Assembly (NCBI GenBank): GCA_008632985.1
Contig: QPGO01000014.1
Span: 372,001-436,000, forward strand
Source of the DNA: Psammoneis japonica
Lineage: Eukaryota
Length of the DNA stretch: 64,000 nt
Direction: 5' to 3'
A model generated the notes under the pieces. That model made no database searches. It saw only the letters and a list, made by a program, of their open reading frames with translations, and was not told the DNA's origin. Shown here piece after piece: positions 12,900 through 24,017 of the stretch; position 1 is the first letter of the stretch, and every line of letters starts with the position of its first letter. The position numbers and the translations under genes are program-made.

Positions 12900-14542
12900 A
12901 AAAGGATGCGGACAAGGCGAGGCAGGCAGGCAAGGGATGGACAAGGCAAGCGAGCGGACTCTCAGCAGCAAAGCAGTTGATCTTCTGAGCTGTGGCACTC
13001 CCGGCTTGGGAGCTGTGGTGATGATGCAACAGTGTGCAGCAGGAAAAAGGGCAATGACAACTGGGTGCACTGTGGCATTCTGTCAGCACTGCTTCTTGTC
13101 TGCAGCACAGGACAACTTTGGCTCAAACCGGCGGCAACCTTTGGAGTGAGGGTGGGAATGACAGGTGTGTGTCCATGTGAAATCTCTTGTGAGCTAGAAA
13201 AATGTGTCATCATGATCAAGAGAACCTCACTGGTGTGGTGACCAAGCACATTGTTTGAGTGTGTGAATGACAGCTGCTGCTGGCCACAGATTCAAGCACC
13301 AGCCATCGGTTTGTGCCGAGCAACTCAGGCTCACATTTGGCTGAGCTCACTGGGTCAGATGCAACACTTTGGTTGCTGCAACATCCACTCCAATTGTCCC
13401 CACTGACAGCTCTGATTTGAGCCCCTTTGGACAACCTCAGTGCTGCTTGTGTGTGGCTGTCATGTGCCTTTTGCACCCCTCCTTTTGCTCAAGAAGCAGC
13501 AGGCACCCAGAGCAAGGTTCTTCCGCCCCCCCCCCCCCAGCTTTTGTCCAGGAGCACTCCATGGTGCAATCCCATGTGAGGGAGGGAGGAGAATCCTTTT
13601 GTCTGTGTGATGCCACCAAAACTCCAGATTTGCTGTCTTTGCTGCCTGCACCGTGGTGTTTTTCTGGTGTCGATGGCAGCCTTGCATCTGAGGAGGGAAC
13701 AAATTGCCTCAATCCTGGGGCAGCACTTTGGAAAACTGTTGCTGGCAAAGCCAGCTGTGTTCTCCAATTTGTCCAGGCTGTCATCATCCTGCCAATTCAG
13801 CCAGCTGTCAACTTGCTGGTTTCTTTTGGCAAGCCACAAGAATGTGCTCCATTGCTCTGACCCAAGTTTTCCACCATCATGCCACTGCTTCTGTTTCAGG
13901 CAGATTTGTTGACAAGTTGCATGAGAAACATTCTTCTGCAATCAGCTCTTCCATGGCAATCTGTCTGGTTGCCATGGCAATCTGTCTGGCTGAAGGTGAC
14001 CCAGCAAATGACGGCATTCTTGAGTGACAATTGCCTCTGCCAGAGAAACTTTCCTGTGGTGGGGCAACTGCCACATGTTGTCAGAAGCACCTTTGCTCTC
14101 AGAGCTCTGCTTCCTCTTCCTCTGCTGTGTTCTTCTTCTCCTCTCTTCCTTGTTTTGTTTGCTGTGTCTGCTCCTTTTCTCATCACACCAAGGTGCTGCC
14201 AGTTGGCCACTTTTGCAAAGCTCTTTTTTGTCCACTTGTGTCTTGGTTGTTGCTGTCTTTTGTTTGTGCATTGATTGCCCCGTTCTCCTGTGCCCCTCCT
14301 CCTCCTTGTTGGTCTTGCCCTTCACAAATGCCAGCACTTCTCCCAAAAGCTCTCAAGGACAATTTCTTGTTCTTGCTGCTTGTGGCTGCCAAGCTGGTGT
14401 TAAATCTTGTCCTTGCTTGGCAACTTTTTTCCACCAGATGATGTTCTTTCCAACAATGGCTGAGAAGGAAGAAGTGCACAAAGCACCTGCACACAGCAGG
14501 TCATGCTTCCTGGCTCTCCTTGTCTCTTTTAGCATGATTTCA
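12900..14542. repeat. Decayed TpA/CpG-depleted block, left part, interrupted by Copia-1
   Basis: Same composition as 3700-7100. It continues at 21756 after the duplicated target site TTTCA. Confidence 0.6.
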
Positions 14543-14738
14543 TGTCAGCCTGCTCATCCACATGTCGTGTGATGGACAGACTGGATGCGGATGATGGCTG
14601 GACCATCCAGACAGACGAGCAGATCTCTCTGAGATCTGCTTCTCACTTTCTCATCTACTGGCACTCATGTTGTCACAGTCCTGGCACTTTGGGGAGTCTT
14701 TCACACCTCCATCACTGTCGACCTTTGGCATTCTGTCA
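14543..14738 (+). repeat. 5' LTR of Copia-1
   Basis: Direct repeat of 21560-21755, starts TGTCAG and ends TGTCA. Confidence 0.97.
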
Positions 14739-14916
14739 GGTTGTGGCCATGCGCTGTGCCACAGACCTCTGCGCCAAGCTTTCTGTTTCGATTCGATTGT
14801 TTTGTGAGCCGATCGAGCGAGCCTCATCATCTGATCAGACAACTTTTTATCTCGCTTTCCCGGCATTTTTCACGACCGTAGAAACATGCCAGATTTCCAC
14901 GCGTGCATGACCAAAA

Positions 14917-17900
14917 ATGGCTCCACCCACTAAAACCATGGCGTCTTCCGACACCACAAAGCCCGCTCTGTCGTCCATTGCAGAGATCTGCTGCGAATTC
15001 GAGGCACATGCAACGATGCCACATCTACATGATTGCCTGAATGCGATTTATGCAGACTCCACAACTGATCTGGACCCGTTTTTTGATGATCCAGAGCATG
15101 TGCAACCCAAGAAAGATTTCGCGGACATGCTTCGTGATTGCTTCATCCACGAAGCGTTTCCACCCCACACCGCTGATCCCACAGATGTACAATCGATCAA
15201 GACGATTATGGATCAAGCCCCGTTCCGACTTGTTGACTCTCAAAGGATTCGTCCAGTCCGTTTAACGACTCCGGTCTTGTCAAAGCTGATCAAGACGAAT
15301 CTCCTGAACAATGAGCAATCTTTGATTGTTCTCATCTCCACCCAACATGTGTGTGTTGATCCGGACATGATGTGGAACTATCGCAATTGGAACAGTTCTC
15401 TCTTGTGCCCTGCCAGAAGAAACAGCAGCCTCCGTCTTCTTCTCAGAAAACCACAGGACCTGCTACATTGACTGTGACTGACTTGGTCACTGCACTCAAT
15501 GCATGCACGTCGAGCCATGCTCCGCCTTCTACAGCTTCTGCCAAGACATCTGGAAGTGCCACATCCTCCGTAACATCGAAGTACCTCTTCAATCCGAACA
15601 CACTTCCTCCAGATGTTCGTGCACGCTACGACCGCAAAGAAGACGGAAAAGTCACTCTTCAGAGCTCTCTCGTCCCTTACGACCATGGATTCTGTCACTG
15701 TGTTGATGCATCCGATCGCATCATCCTTGGTGATGGCACCCTTTTCATCATGAGCTCAACTCCTGATCAGAAAATGCTGTTCAGGGAACCTCCTGTATGT
15801 CATGACGACTCTCCCCCTGGGATGCGAGCATGGTGCCAAAATTTCCAACGTCATGCCTTTGATTCAGGTTGCTGCGTGCATCCCCTGTGGTGTTTCACTG
15901 AGGACCACGGTGGTGAGAAGGGTTTTGAGATCGGAAACGGCAAGAATGATGACTCACCTCAACGCATGTATGTCCACTGCAAGGAAGCTCAGAGCTCCCT
16001 CCACAAAATCCCATCCAAGTCGGACATGTTCCCCAAGAATGGCAAGCATCATCGGATTGTTGCATCATGCTGCGGCAACAGATGCAAGGCTCTCAAGCAG
16101 ATCATCTACGAGAATCATCCTGCCTTTGATCATGATGCTGCTGGACTCATTGATTCTCATCCCATCCAAGGCAATCGATCATTGATGGACTGCCACATGA
16201 TCTTCAATGATTTCCTGCAGCTACGTGCCTGCATTTTTGATGCGGACTCTACGTTGAACGATCCACGGGAGATGACTGTCTTTGTCAAGAATGCCAAGCA
16301 CTCCAAGTTCTTGTCACGTGCTGCCAGAGATGAACGGAAGTCTCCAGCTGTGCAGAAGAAGCACACGGATGCACAGATTGTCAAGACTCTCTCTGATTTC
16401 CTCCACCAACCGGATGGTCCATCCCTTGCCACTCGTACGACGCAATCCAACCCACGCCGCACATGGAATCGAGCAGATGCTGCCACGCGACGCACACCTG
16501 TCAATGTCAATTCTCTCCAGATCCCTGAGATGCCCCTTCAAGAACCAGTTGATGCCTCTGCCACTGAAGATCCTGGTGCAGAATCTCCACCTCCGGATGC
16601 CTTTGATGCTCTTTGCGACGAATTGCATGAACTCGAGATCCCATCTACGGACGAAGATCGCATTCTTCACCATGCACACTCGGCTTCAGTCTGTAAACTG
16701 AAAGTTGCTCCGAATGAAGCCTCCAACAAACCATGTCTTGTCTGCTCCGGAGAGCATTTGTTTGATGACTGTCCGGTCCTGAAGAACAACCCGCACATCA
16801 AGGGATTCCACATCCGTTTTTGTCAATTCTTAAAGTGGGAAGCAGCCATGCGTGCTTCTGAGTTCCAAGGACCCCAAGGGTCATTGCCACCCCATCATGA
16901 CAATCCTGAAAATCTGCCTCCGTCTAGCACTCCACCCTCGGATTTTCAATCGGGCCGTCGCAGCTGGTTTCAGATCTCCGACGCTGCCCGTTGTCTCCTC
17001 ACCGAGACAAGACTAATGTCAGCAGGATGACCTTGAAAGAGGGACTAACCGTCTCGTCATCTGCCGCTGAAATGCCTCTTTCCTCACAGATTGACATGGA
17101 TGCCACCCCTTTCACCTCCACGAAGATGTCATTTGATGCCAACACGTCACCCGATGATGACCCTGCTCCTCAAGAAGCCACTGTCGATGCTGCTCATGCT
17201 CCGGATCCTTTGGAACAGGGGAGGGAAGACCCAGAAACACCGGTTTTTGAGGAACACATTGATCTCACCTACGATGACATGGCTGTTGAAGATGGTTTTG
17301 CTGCCGTCAATTCTGTTCGTGTTGCTCCGATCGATCCACACCAGGTGAGTCACTCACCTGAGCCGGAACTGCTGCGATCCACTTGTTCTGTCAATGGGGT
17401 AAATTTTGCTCCGAATGAACGTTGTGCTCAGTTGGATGCTGGTGCTGATGTTGCGCGCACAGGCAACCGTGACCTCCTCCATTGATGCCAAGACTTCACT
17501 CCGTCCCATCCCTGTCCCCTTGCTGTCAACCCGGCCCTTGGCCATCAAGCTGTCCCAGTTGGATTCGGCCATCTTCGCATCCCTGCAGAGAACTCTGACG
17601 GCTGTGTTGAGGTCCGTGCACACTGCCACCCACAGATCCAATCTACGTTGGTCGATGAGCGACTCCTCCTTTGTCAAAATGGTTCTCGTCGTGCAGATTG
17701 CAATGTTGACTGCATCCTCAAGTTCCATGATCTCGGCACCTGCAAGTTTGTTGCACGACATCGATTGCGCAAGCATCAGGACATCATTGTCCATGGGAAA
17801 TTGATCAATGGCAATGTTTTACTCACCCTCTCATCCTCCTGGAACCTGCCGATGAATTGGACGCATCCATTGAGCGCCTCAAGACTGGTGACCCCACCTT

Positions 17901-20900
17901 TGCCAATGAGTGTGAAGCGGTTTCTGCGCACATGATTGAAACGCATCGCACTCACCAACATGATGCTCTTCATGCTGAACGCAAGTTGATCCCCCGTGTC
18001 CATCAGGATGTCCCTTTTGAAAAGCATGCAGAGAAGAACATTCCTGTGCATTCTCTCAAGGCCGACACGGAACGCCTTTTGTGGCATCAGCGACTTGGTC
18101 ATCCGACTGATCACCACCTTTGTCATGCCCATGAACATGTTGATGGCATCCCCAAGTTTGCCCACGGAACTTCTCCTCTCGACACTTGTCCTGCATGTGT
18201 GTGAGCAAAGCAGACGAAGGAACCTGCCAGTCTGAACACTGCTCTTGCTGCCACCCAACCATGCCAAGGCCTCACGGTTGATTTTTCTTTCTCTGGCCTG
18301 TGGTCCAAGAACTCGAAGCGTGCCAAAGACCATGTTGGTTTGAATGGCGAGACTTGTTGGATCACTGTCTATGATCATAAAACAAAGCATCTCCATGGTG
18401 CGACCCGGGTCTCCAAGGCAACCCCTCTGAATTGGCTTCGCCACTTTCTGGAAGAGCATTCACCAAAATGTCCAGACAAGCATGCACCCATGGATCAAGG
18501 AGGTGAATTGCATCAAAACCCAGAAGTTCGGCGACTCTTCGAGGATGACTTTCATCATGCAATTCGTCCTGTGGGAAAAGATGCTTCAAATCAGAGTGGC
18601 CCAGTGGAATGCAGTCATTTGACTGTTGCCAACGCCATCCGGGCGATGCCAATTGGCGCCGATTTGCCCACAAAATTCTGGCCCTGTGCTTTTCATCATT
18701 TCACTCGCATCAACAATGCCACACCATCCCGCGGACAACCTGCTGCTCCAATTGCCCTCGCCACTGGTCAGAAGGATGATTTCAAGAACTTCCGTGCATT
18801 TGGTTGTCGAGTGTGGGTGCGTGCGTCGAATCACCGCCCAGCAAAATTTCAGTCTGTCTCTCGCAAGGGAATGTTCTTGGGCTGTCTTCCGGACACTGCC
18901 AAGAACATCCTTTGGTGCGATGCTGAGACATCGCGTGTCAAGCTTGCCAAGCACATCCGTCATGATGAGGGCATGAATGATCTACCCCATGACTCTCTTC
19001 CACCGAATGTGGTGCACTTGGAACGCACTCAAGATGGCAAGGCGTTGCCTGCTGAGACTGAAGAATCCACAATGGATGAGTTTCACTTTCATGGGAATCC
19101 TTTTGCCAAGACCATCAAGCGTGCGATGAAGGGACCATTTGCTGATCCGACATTTGGACTTTCCTTGGCTACGGACGATCTCCATCGGCGAGCATTTGTC
19201 TCTGACATTAAGTGTGGTTCTCCTGCTGCGCGTCTTTTCTCTTCTTTGAAGGCTGCCCGCAACAAGATCAAGGGTGCGTGTGTCGCATCGATCGATGATC
19301 ATCCCATCTTCATGGCAGAGGAGGCCATCACACGTTTTCAACAAGTCTGTGATTCAGGAAAGACTCACTTTGAAATCGAATTCACGCCGGAACGTTGACT
19401 GGACTCCCAGGCTCTCCAACGTGCCCTGATGGAACACAATGTCTGTGCACCGACTCCTGACCCTGATGATGAGCATGTCCCGGAAATTGCTGCTGCTGAC
19501 ATGCGTGCCATTGCTGCCATCCGTCACCCTGACATTGATTTTTCTGATGTGGACAATGATGACGTCCATCCGCCGATTTATGTCGACTACGACAATGGTG
19601 TCGTCAACATTTGTGCCATTTCTTCTCATGCGATTGCTCCAGAGGAACAAGCGTCAGGTGCTTTCACTCGCCATCATCTCCAGAAATTGGACACCTGGCC
19701 CGAATGGCATGCGGGTGAATTCAAACAACTCGACCAATTTCATGAGTTGGGAATGTTTGGTGCACCAATTAAACGTCCGAAGGATGCCACAGTCCTTCGT
19801 CCGCATTGGCAACATGACCTCAAGCATGATGGCACGCGACGCTCTCGACAATGTTGCGATGGATCCCCACGTGCTGCCTCGATTCTCCACCGTCTTCACT
19901 TGACCCACTCCTCTTGTGTGGAACAACCTGTCCAACGCATGTTTTTTGCTCTTGCTGCGACCATGAGCTACCATGCCTTTGGGTGGTGATGCTCGTGATG
20001 CATGTGCACACTCCCCGCGACCATCACACCCCGTCTATGTTGCCATCGACGAAGCACATGCCACTTGGCACAAGGATCGGTTTGGTGTTGATTTGGACAG
20101 GACCACGGCACTTCCAATGCAACGTGCACTTCAAGGACACCCAGAAGCCGGCGTGCTCTGGGAGACCCACATCAATGGCATTTTGTCTGATGTGAATCTA
20201 CTTTTTCGCAATGCTGCTCATGACAAATGCATCTGTTCTGCTGCTTTTGAGGGACACAAGATCTTGCTCCTCCGCCAGGTTGATGACTTCTCCCTTGCGT
20301 GTCCTGAAGAGTCTCTTGCGATCAAGACATGTGACAAGATTGGCAAAGCTCTTCAATTGGAATCGGAAGCTTCTCCGCCTTTCAAGTGTCTTGGTGTGAT
20401 TGAAGAATTCAATGGTGTGGATGTCCATCAATGTGATGATTCTATTGGTGTTGCTGTTCACAGCTACATTGATCGGGTTTGTACTTTGCATGGATGGTCG
20501 ACACCGACAGATGAAGAACTCGTCGATGACTGCAAGGCTGCGCCCATTCCAGTTGACTCTGTTCGTGAACTGTGCACTGCCATTGGTCCAGCTGAAGGAA
20601 CCCCGGAACATGCGGAGTTGCAACAAGCTGCTGGCTTTGGGTGCCACACTCTCCTTGGTGAATTGTTGCGGCGCATGTTGTCTGCCGATTGGACATTGGC
20701 TGTGCCATCACCACTCTTTCCAAGTTCTCCACCTGTCCTGCTTTGGTTCACCATGATGCACTCAAGGGTGCATGCAAGTGCCTTCGACGCACCAAGCATT
20801 GGGAATTGAATTACAAGAAGCCCGCCCGAGACTCAAGACCACCCGCCTGCCCCTTCGAACGTCTTGCTCCGGACCTGACACTACCTTCGTTCCCTTTCCC

Positions 20901-21384
20901 AGAACATGACCATCAACTTGTTGCTTTTTTGGATGCTGCATGTGGCAATGACCTCCGTAACTGTCGCTCTACGACCGGCCATGCTTGCATGTTAGCCGGT
21001 GCTGCTGTGTCCTTTCAATGCAAGACCCAATCGGTGACTGCTGCGAGTTCTACGGAAGCTGAGTTCTGTGCTGCTGGCACTGCTGCCAAGCATGTCCTTC
21101 ACCTTCGTCACATCCTGCATGATTTGGGCTTCCCTCAGACGAAGGCAACCCCGTTGTACATTGACAACGAATCGGCGATCAAGATCATCAATCACTCAAT
21201 CCCGACCGAGTGATCCCGTCACATTGAGATCCAGTTTTTTGCGATCCAAGAATGGAAGGAAGCGGGCAAGATTGTCGCAAGACATGTTCCTGGCATTGTC
21301 AACCCCAGCGATGACCTTGCCAAGGCCCTTGGCTGGGCACTGCACGCTCGCCACACTCGACGCATGATGGGACACTGCTGTTGA
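14917..21384 (+). pseudogene. Copia-1 gag-pol, disrupted by stops and frameshifts
   Basis: Zn knuckle 'CLVCSGEHLFDDC', protease 'QLDAGAD', 'LWHQRLGH', integrase 'DQGGEL', RT 'RQVDDF', RNase H 'FLDAA...SSTEAEF...IDNESA'. Confidence 0.93.
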
Positions 21385-21559
21385 CATTTTTTTTCCGCGG
21401 TGGCCTCCCTGCTGCGCATTGCCCCCTTGTTTGATGGCGCATTGGGCATGGACACTTGTCGTGTCCTGTGTCTGGTCTCTCTGTTTCCCCACATCATCCC
21501 TGTTCTTTGGTTTGATCTGTCCCATTTTCTATGTTGAGACATCACAGATCAGGGGAGGG

Positions 21560-21755
21560 TGTCAGCCTGCTCATCCACATGTCGTGTGATGGACAGACTG
21601 GATGCGGATGATGGCCAGACCATCTAGATAGACGAGCAGATCTCTCTGAGATCTGCTTCTCACTTTCTCATCTGCTGGCACTCGTGTCATCACAGTCCTG
21701 GTGCTTTGGGGAGTCTTTCACACCTCTGTCACTGTCGACCTTCGGCATTCTGTCA
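21560..21755 (+). repeat. 3' LTR of Copia-1
   Basis: Direct repeat of 14543-14738, preceded by the PPT and followed by the TSD. Confidence 0.97.
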
Positions 21756-22350
21756 TTTCATGGAGAGGCTCAGCATTGAGAACTTGGAGCTCTCCCCACT
21801 CTTGTCACTGACCTTTTTTCAAGTGCCTTGTCCTTGCTGCTTGTGGCTGCCAACCTGTCAAATCTTGTCCTTGCTTGGCAACTTTTTTCCACCAGACGAT
21901 TTTCTTTCCAAAAACAGCTGGAAAGGAACAAGCACACAAAACACCTGCACACAGCAGGTCATGCTTCCTGGCTCTCCTTTTCTCATTGAGAGCTTGGAAC
22001 TCTTGTCACTGTCCTTTTTTCTCTGCCTCCCCCCGTTGTTCATGTGAAAATGAAAGCAGTGTGGTCACCCAGCTGGAGCGCACGCACAAAAAGTGGAAAC
22101 TTGTTGTGCCGAGGAGGAAGAAGAGTGGTTTTTTTGTTTCTCCCACAACTTTGCTTCTCTTTGCAGCAATGACAAGCTTGATCTTTTCTCCTCTGATTGA
22201 CTCCCATGTTGATGGCCAGCAAATTTCCTTGCATCGCAGCCCACTTTTCACACAGCCACTCTTGCACCCAGCCTGGCGGCTGCCCCTGCGATGGGCTGGA
22301 GTCTGGCTGCACCTCCTCGGTGGGAGGTTGGACAGTGGCAACAAAGCTGA
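21756..22350. repeat. Decayed block, right part, continuation of 12900-14542
   Basis: 21826-21985 is a diverged direct copy of 14366-14526. TA and CG are depleted. Confidence 0.6.
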
Positions 22351-22702
22351 CAGTTTATACGAACATTGTCAATGACTGAGGTCTGAAAATTATGTTCGTT
22401 GTCGAGATCGAGGGGTTCAAATTAAGGCTAACCCTAACCCTAATCGGTCATGACGCAGTGAGTCTTGCGATGATGGCGTGAAGGACGACGCATTCAGTCT
22501 TGAAACACGAACAGATGAATCGTGACTTTGCCGCCATCATTCAAAATCAAAAACGCAATCGTGTGTCGTGTTGGAACGCGAAGCGATCCGCTCATGGTTG
22601 ACTTCGAATCGAAACGGCATACGATTGGTTCATAATATAATGTGAAAAATAGAGAAGAGAAGAATATTACCACTTCCTTTGACACCAACCACAAACTACG
22701 AC

Positions 22703-23224
22703 ATGCATTTCTCGTTGCTTTGTTGCGCAACAACTGCATTCTTCTGTATTGCCCGTTATGCAGAAGCGGCAACGATCCTGGAGTTCTGCACCAATCAAGG
22801 AGCCTTGGTCGAAGATCACTTTGCAGACTTTAGGACAAAATGTTCTTGTGAGAATCAACACGATAATGGCACTGTGGCCCTGCTCTCGTGCATGGATGGT
22901 TGCCAGAATTGCGTCAACGAACGTTGCTACTATGCAGACATTCAGGCCACAATCGAACCCTCTGCTGACGACGACGGTTCTTTTGTCATTTCAGAGACTT
23001 GTCATGTCATCCGAGATACTCCACAGAAAATGTGTAGTCAACCAAAGCCTGAAAATGCTGGTAACATTATTGATGTGTTGGAGAATGAAACAGGTCACAT
23101 GCCTGAAGATTTGAGTGTCAAATGCCCTGACGACGACGACAGCACGTCTGGAGGCAGATTTTCGTTGCCTAGCGTCGTCGTCCTCGGTACCATTATTTCA
23201 GGCATTGGAGTAAACATTGTTTGA
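22703..23224 (+). CDS. Small secreted or membrane-anchored Cys-rich protein
   Basis: Signal-peptide-like N-terminus 'MHFSLLCCATTAFFCIARYAEA', multiple Cys, and a hydrophobic C-terminus (GPI or TM signal). Confidence 0.7.
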   Translation: MHFSLLCCATTAFFCIARYAEAATILEFCTNQGALVEDHFADFRTKCSCENQHDNGTVALLSCMDGCQNCVNERCYYADIQATIEPSADDDGSFVISETCHVIRDTPQKMCSQPKPENAGNIIDVLENETGHMPEDLSVKCPDDDDSTSGGRFSLPSVVVLGTIISGIGVNIV

Positions 23225-24017
23225 GCCTCTGAATCGAAATGAGACTTATGTGCAGTGAATCATCTAAATCATGCACATGCGTACAACCTGCAACTGCGTC
23301 GTCGGAACAAAAAAATATACGAGTGAACAGTCCTACTACATTTTATAAGATGGATATATAGATTGCACTATTCGCATCTGAAATCAATGGAATGCACTTC
23401 AAACAAGAAAGAGCTGTAATGTAGGTCTAGAGGTGCTTCATGGTGGGCTCGTTTTGATTCGGCAACACCATGTCCGAATCGATGCAAATTATGCTACCAA
23501 GCCCCGAAGCTTTCGCATGATGTGTGCAGATAGAAACGACGGGCCAAAGAATGCGATCGTATGTTCGTGTGTGCAACCGTCAACATATCGGCACATCCAT
23601 TCGGTGCCAGTTCTTTCTCAATTGTTGTGCTGCTTCTGTGTCTTACTCGTAAGGTCCAACGAGGCATGATGAAAACGTGCATGCCTGTCTTGTACTTTCG
23701 AAAGAGGCTCTTAGCCCTAGACAACCGTTGATTATCGTCGCCAAGAATCCACAAAAAGAACTCCCAGTCAAGATGAGGAAGCAGCCTGGGTCTCTAGCGT
23801 TTGATTCAATGCGAATTAGAGCACGAGGTACCAGAAGTTCGCGAGCTCCTGGACGCGACGTTATTCAGATGCAAGATGGCTTGCTTGTGACTCAGGATGT
23901 TGCTTCGACAATGCCTGGATGGGACTAAGTTCTAGCGGGACATGACGCGGTTCTCCAAGCAAGCTGTCATGATGTAGAAAAATGAAAACAATAAACTACA
24001 TATACGTTGAGGTATCG

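Larger units (their letters stand above)
14543..21755 (+). mobile_element. Complete Ty1/Copia (CoDi-like) LTR retrotransposon, Copia-1
   Basis: 196-bp TG...CA LTRs, 5-bp TSD TTTCA (14538-14542 and 21756-21760), PBS-like ggttgtggcc at 14739, PPT aggggaggg at 21551-21559, domain order gag-PR-INT-RT-RNaseH. Confidence 0.97.

Noticed and set aside
20270..20292. RT motif QVDD instead of YVDD as a hypermutation product
   Set aside because: CAG is not one TA-type step from TAY, and I recall QVDD as a lineage feature of some diatom Copia elements.
14917..21384. Alternative genetic code (Cys/His codons read as Tyr)
   Set aside because: Neighbouring host genes use TAY normally, the replacements are split between Cys and His, and non-coding LTRs show the same change.
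14543..21755. ADAR-type RNA editing or RT error as the cause of the A->G changes
   Set aside because: The changes occur on both strands, differ between the two LTRs of one insertion, and extend into non-retroelement DNA.
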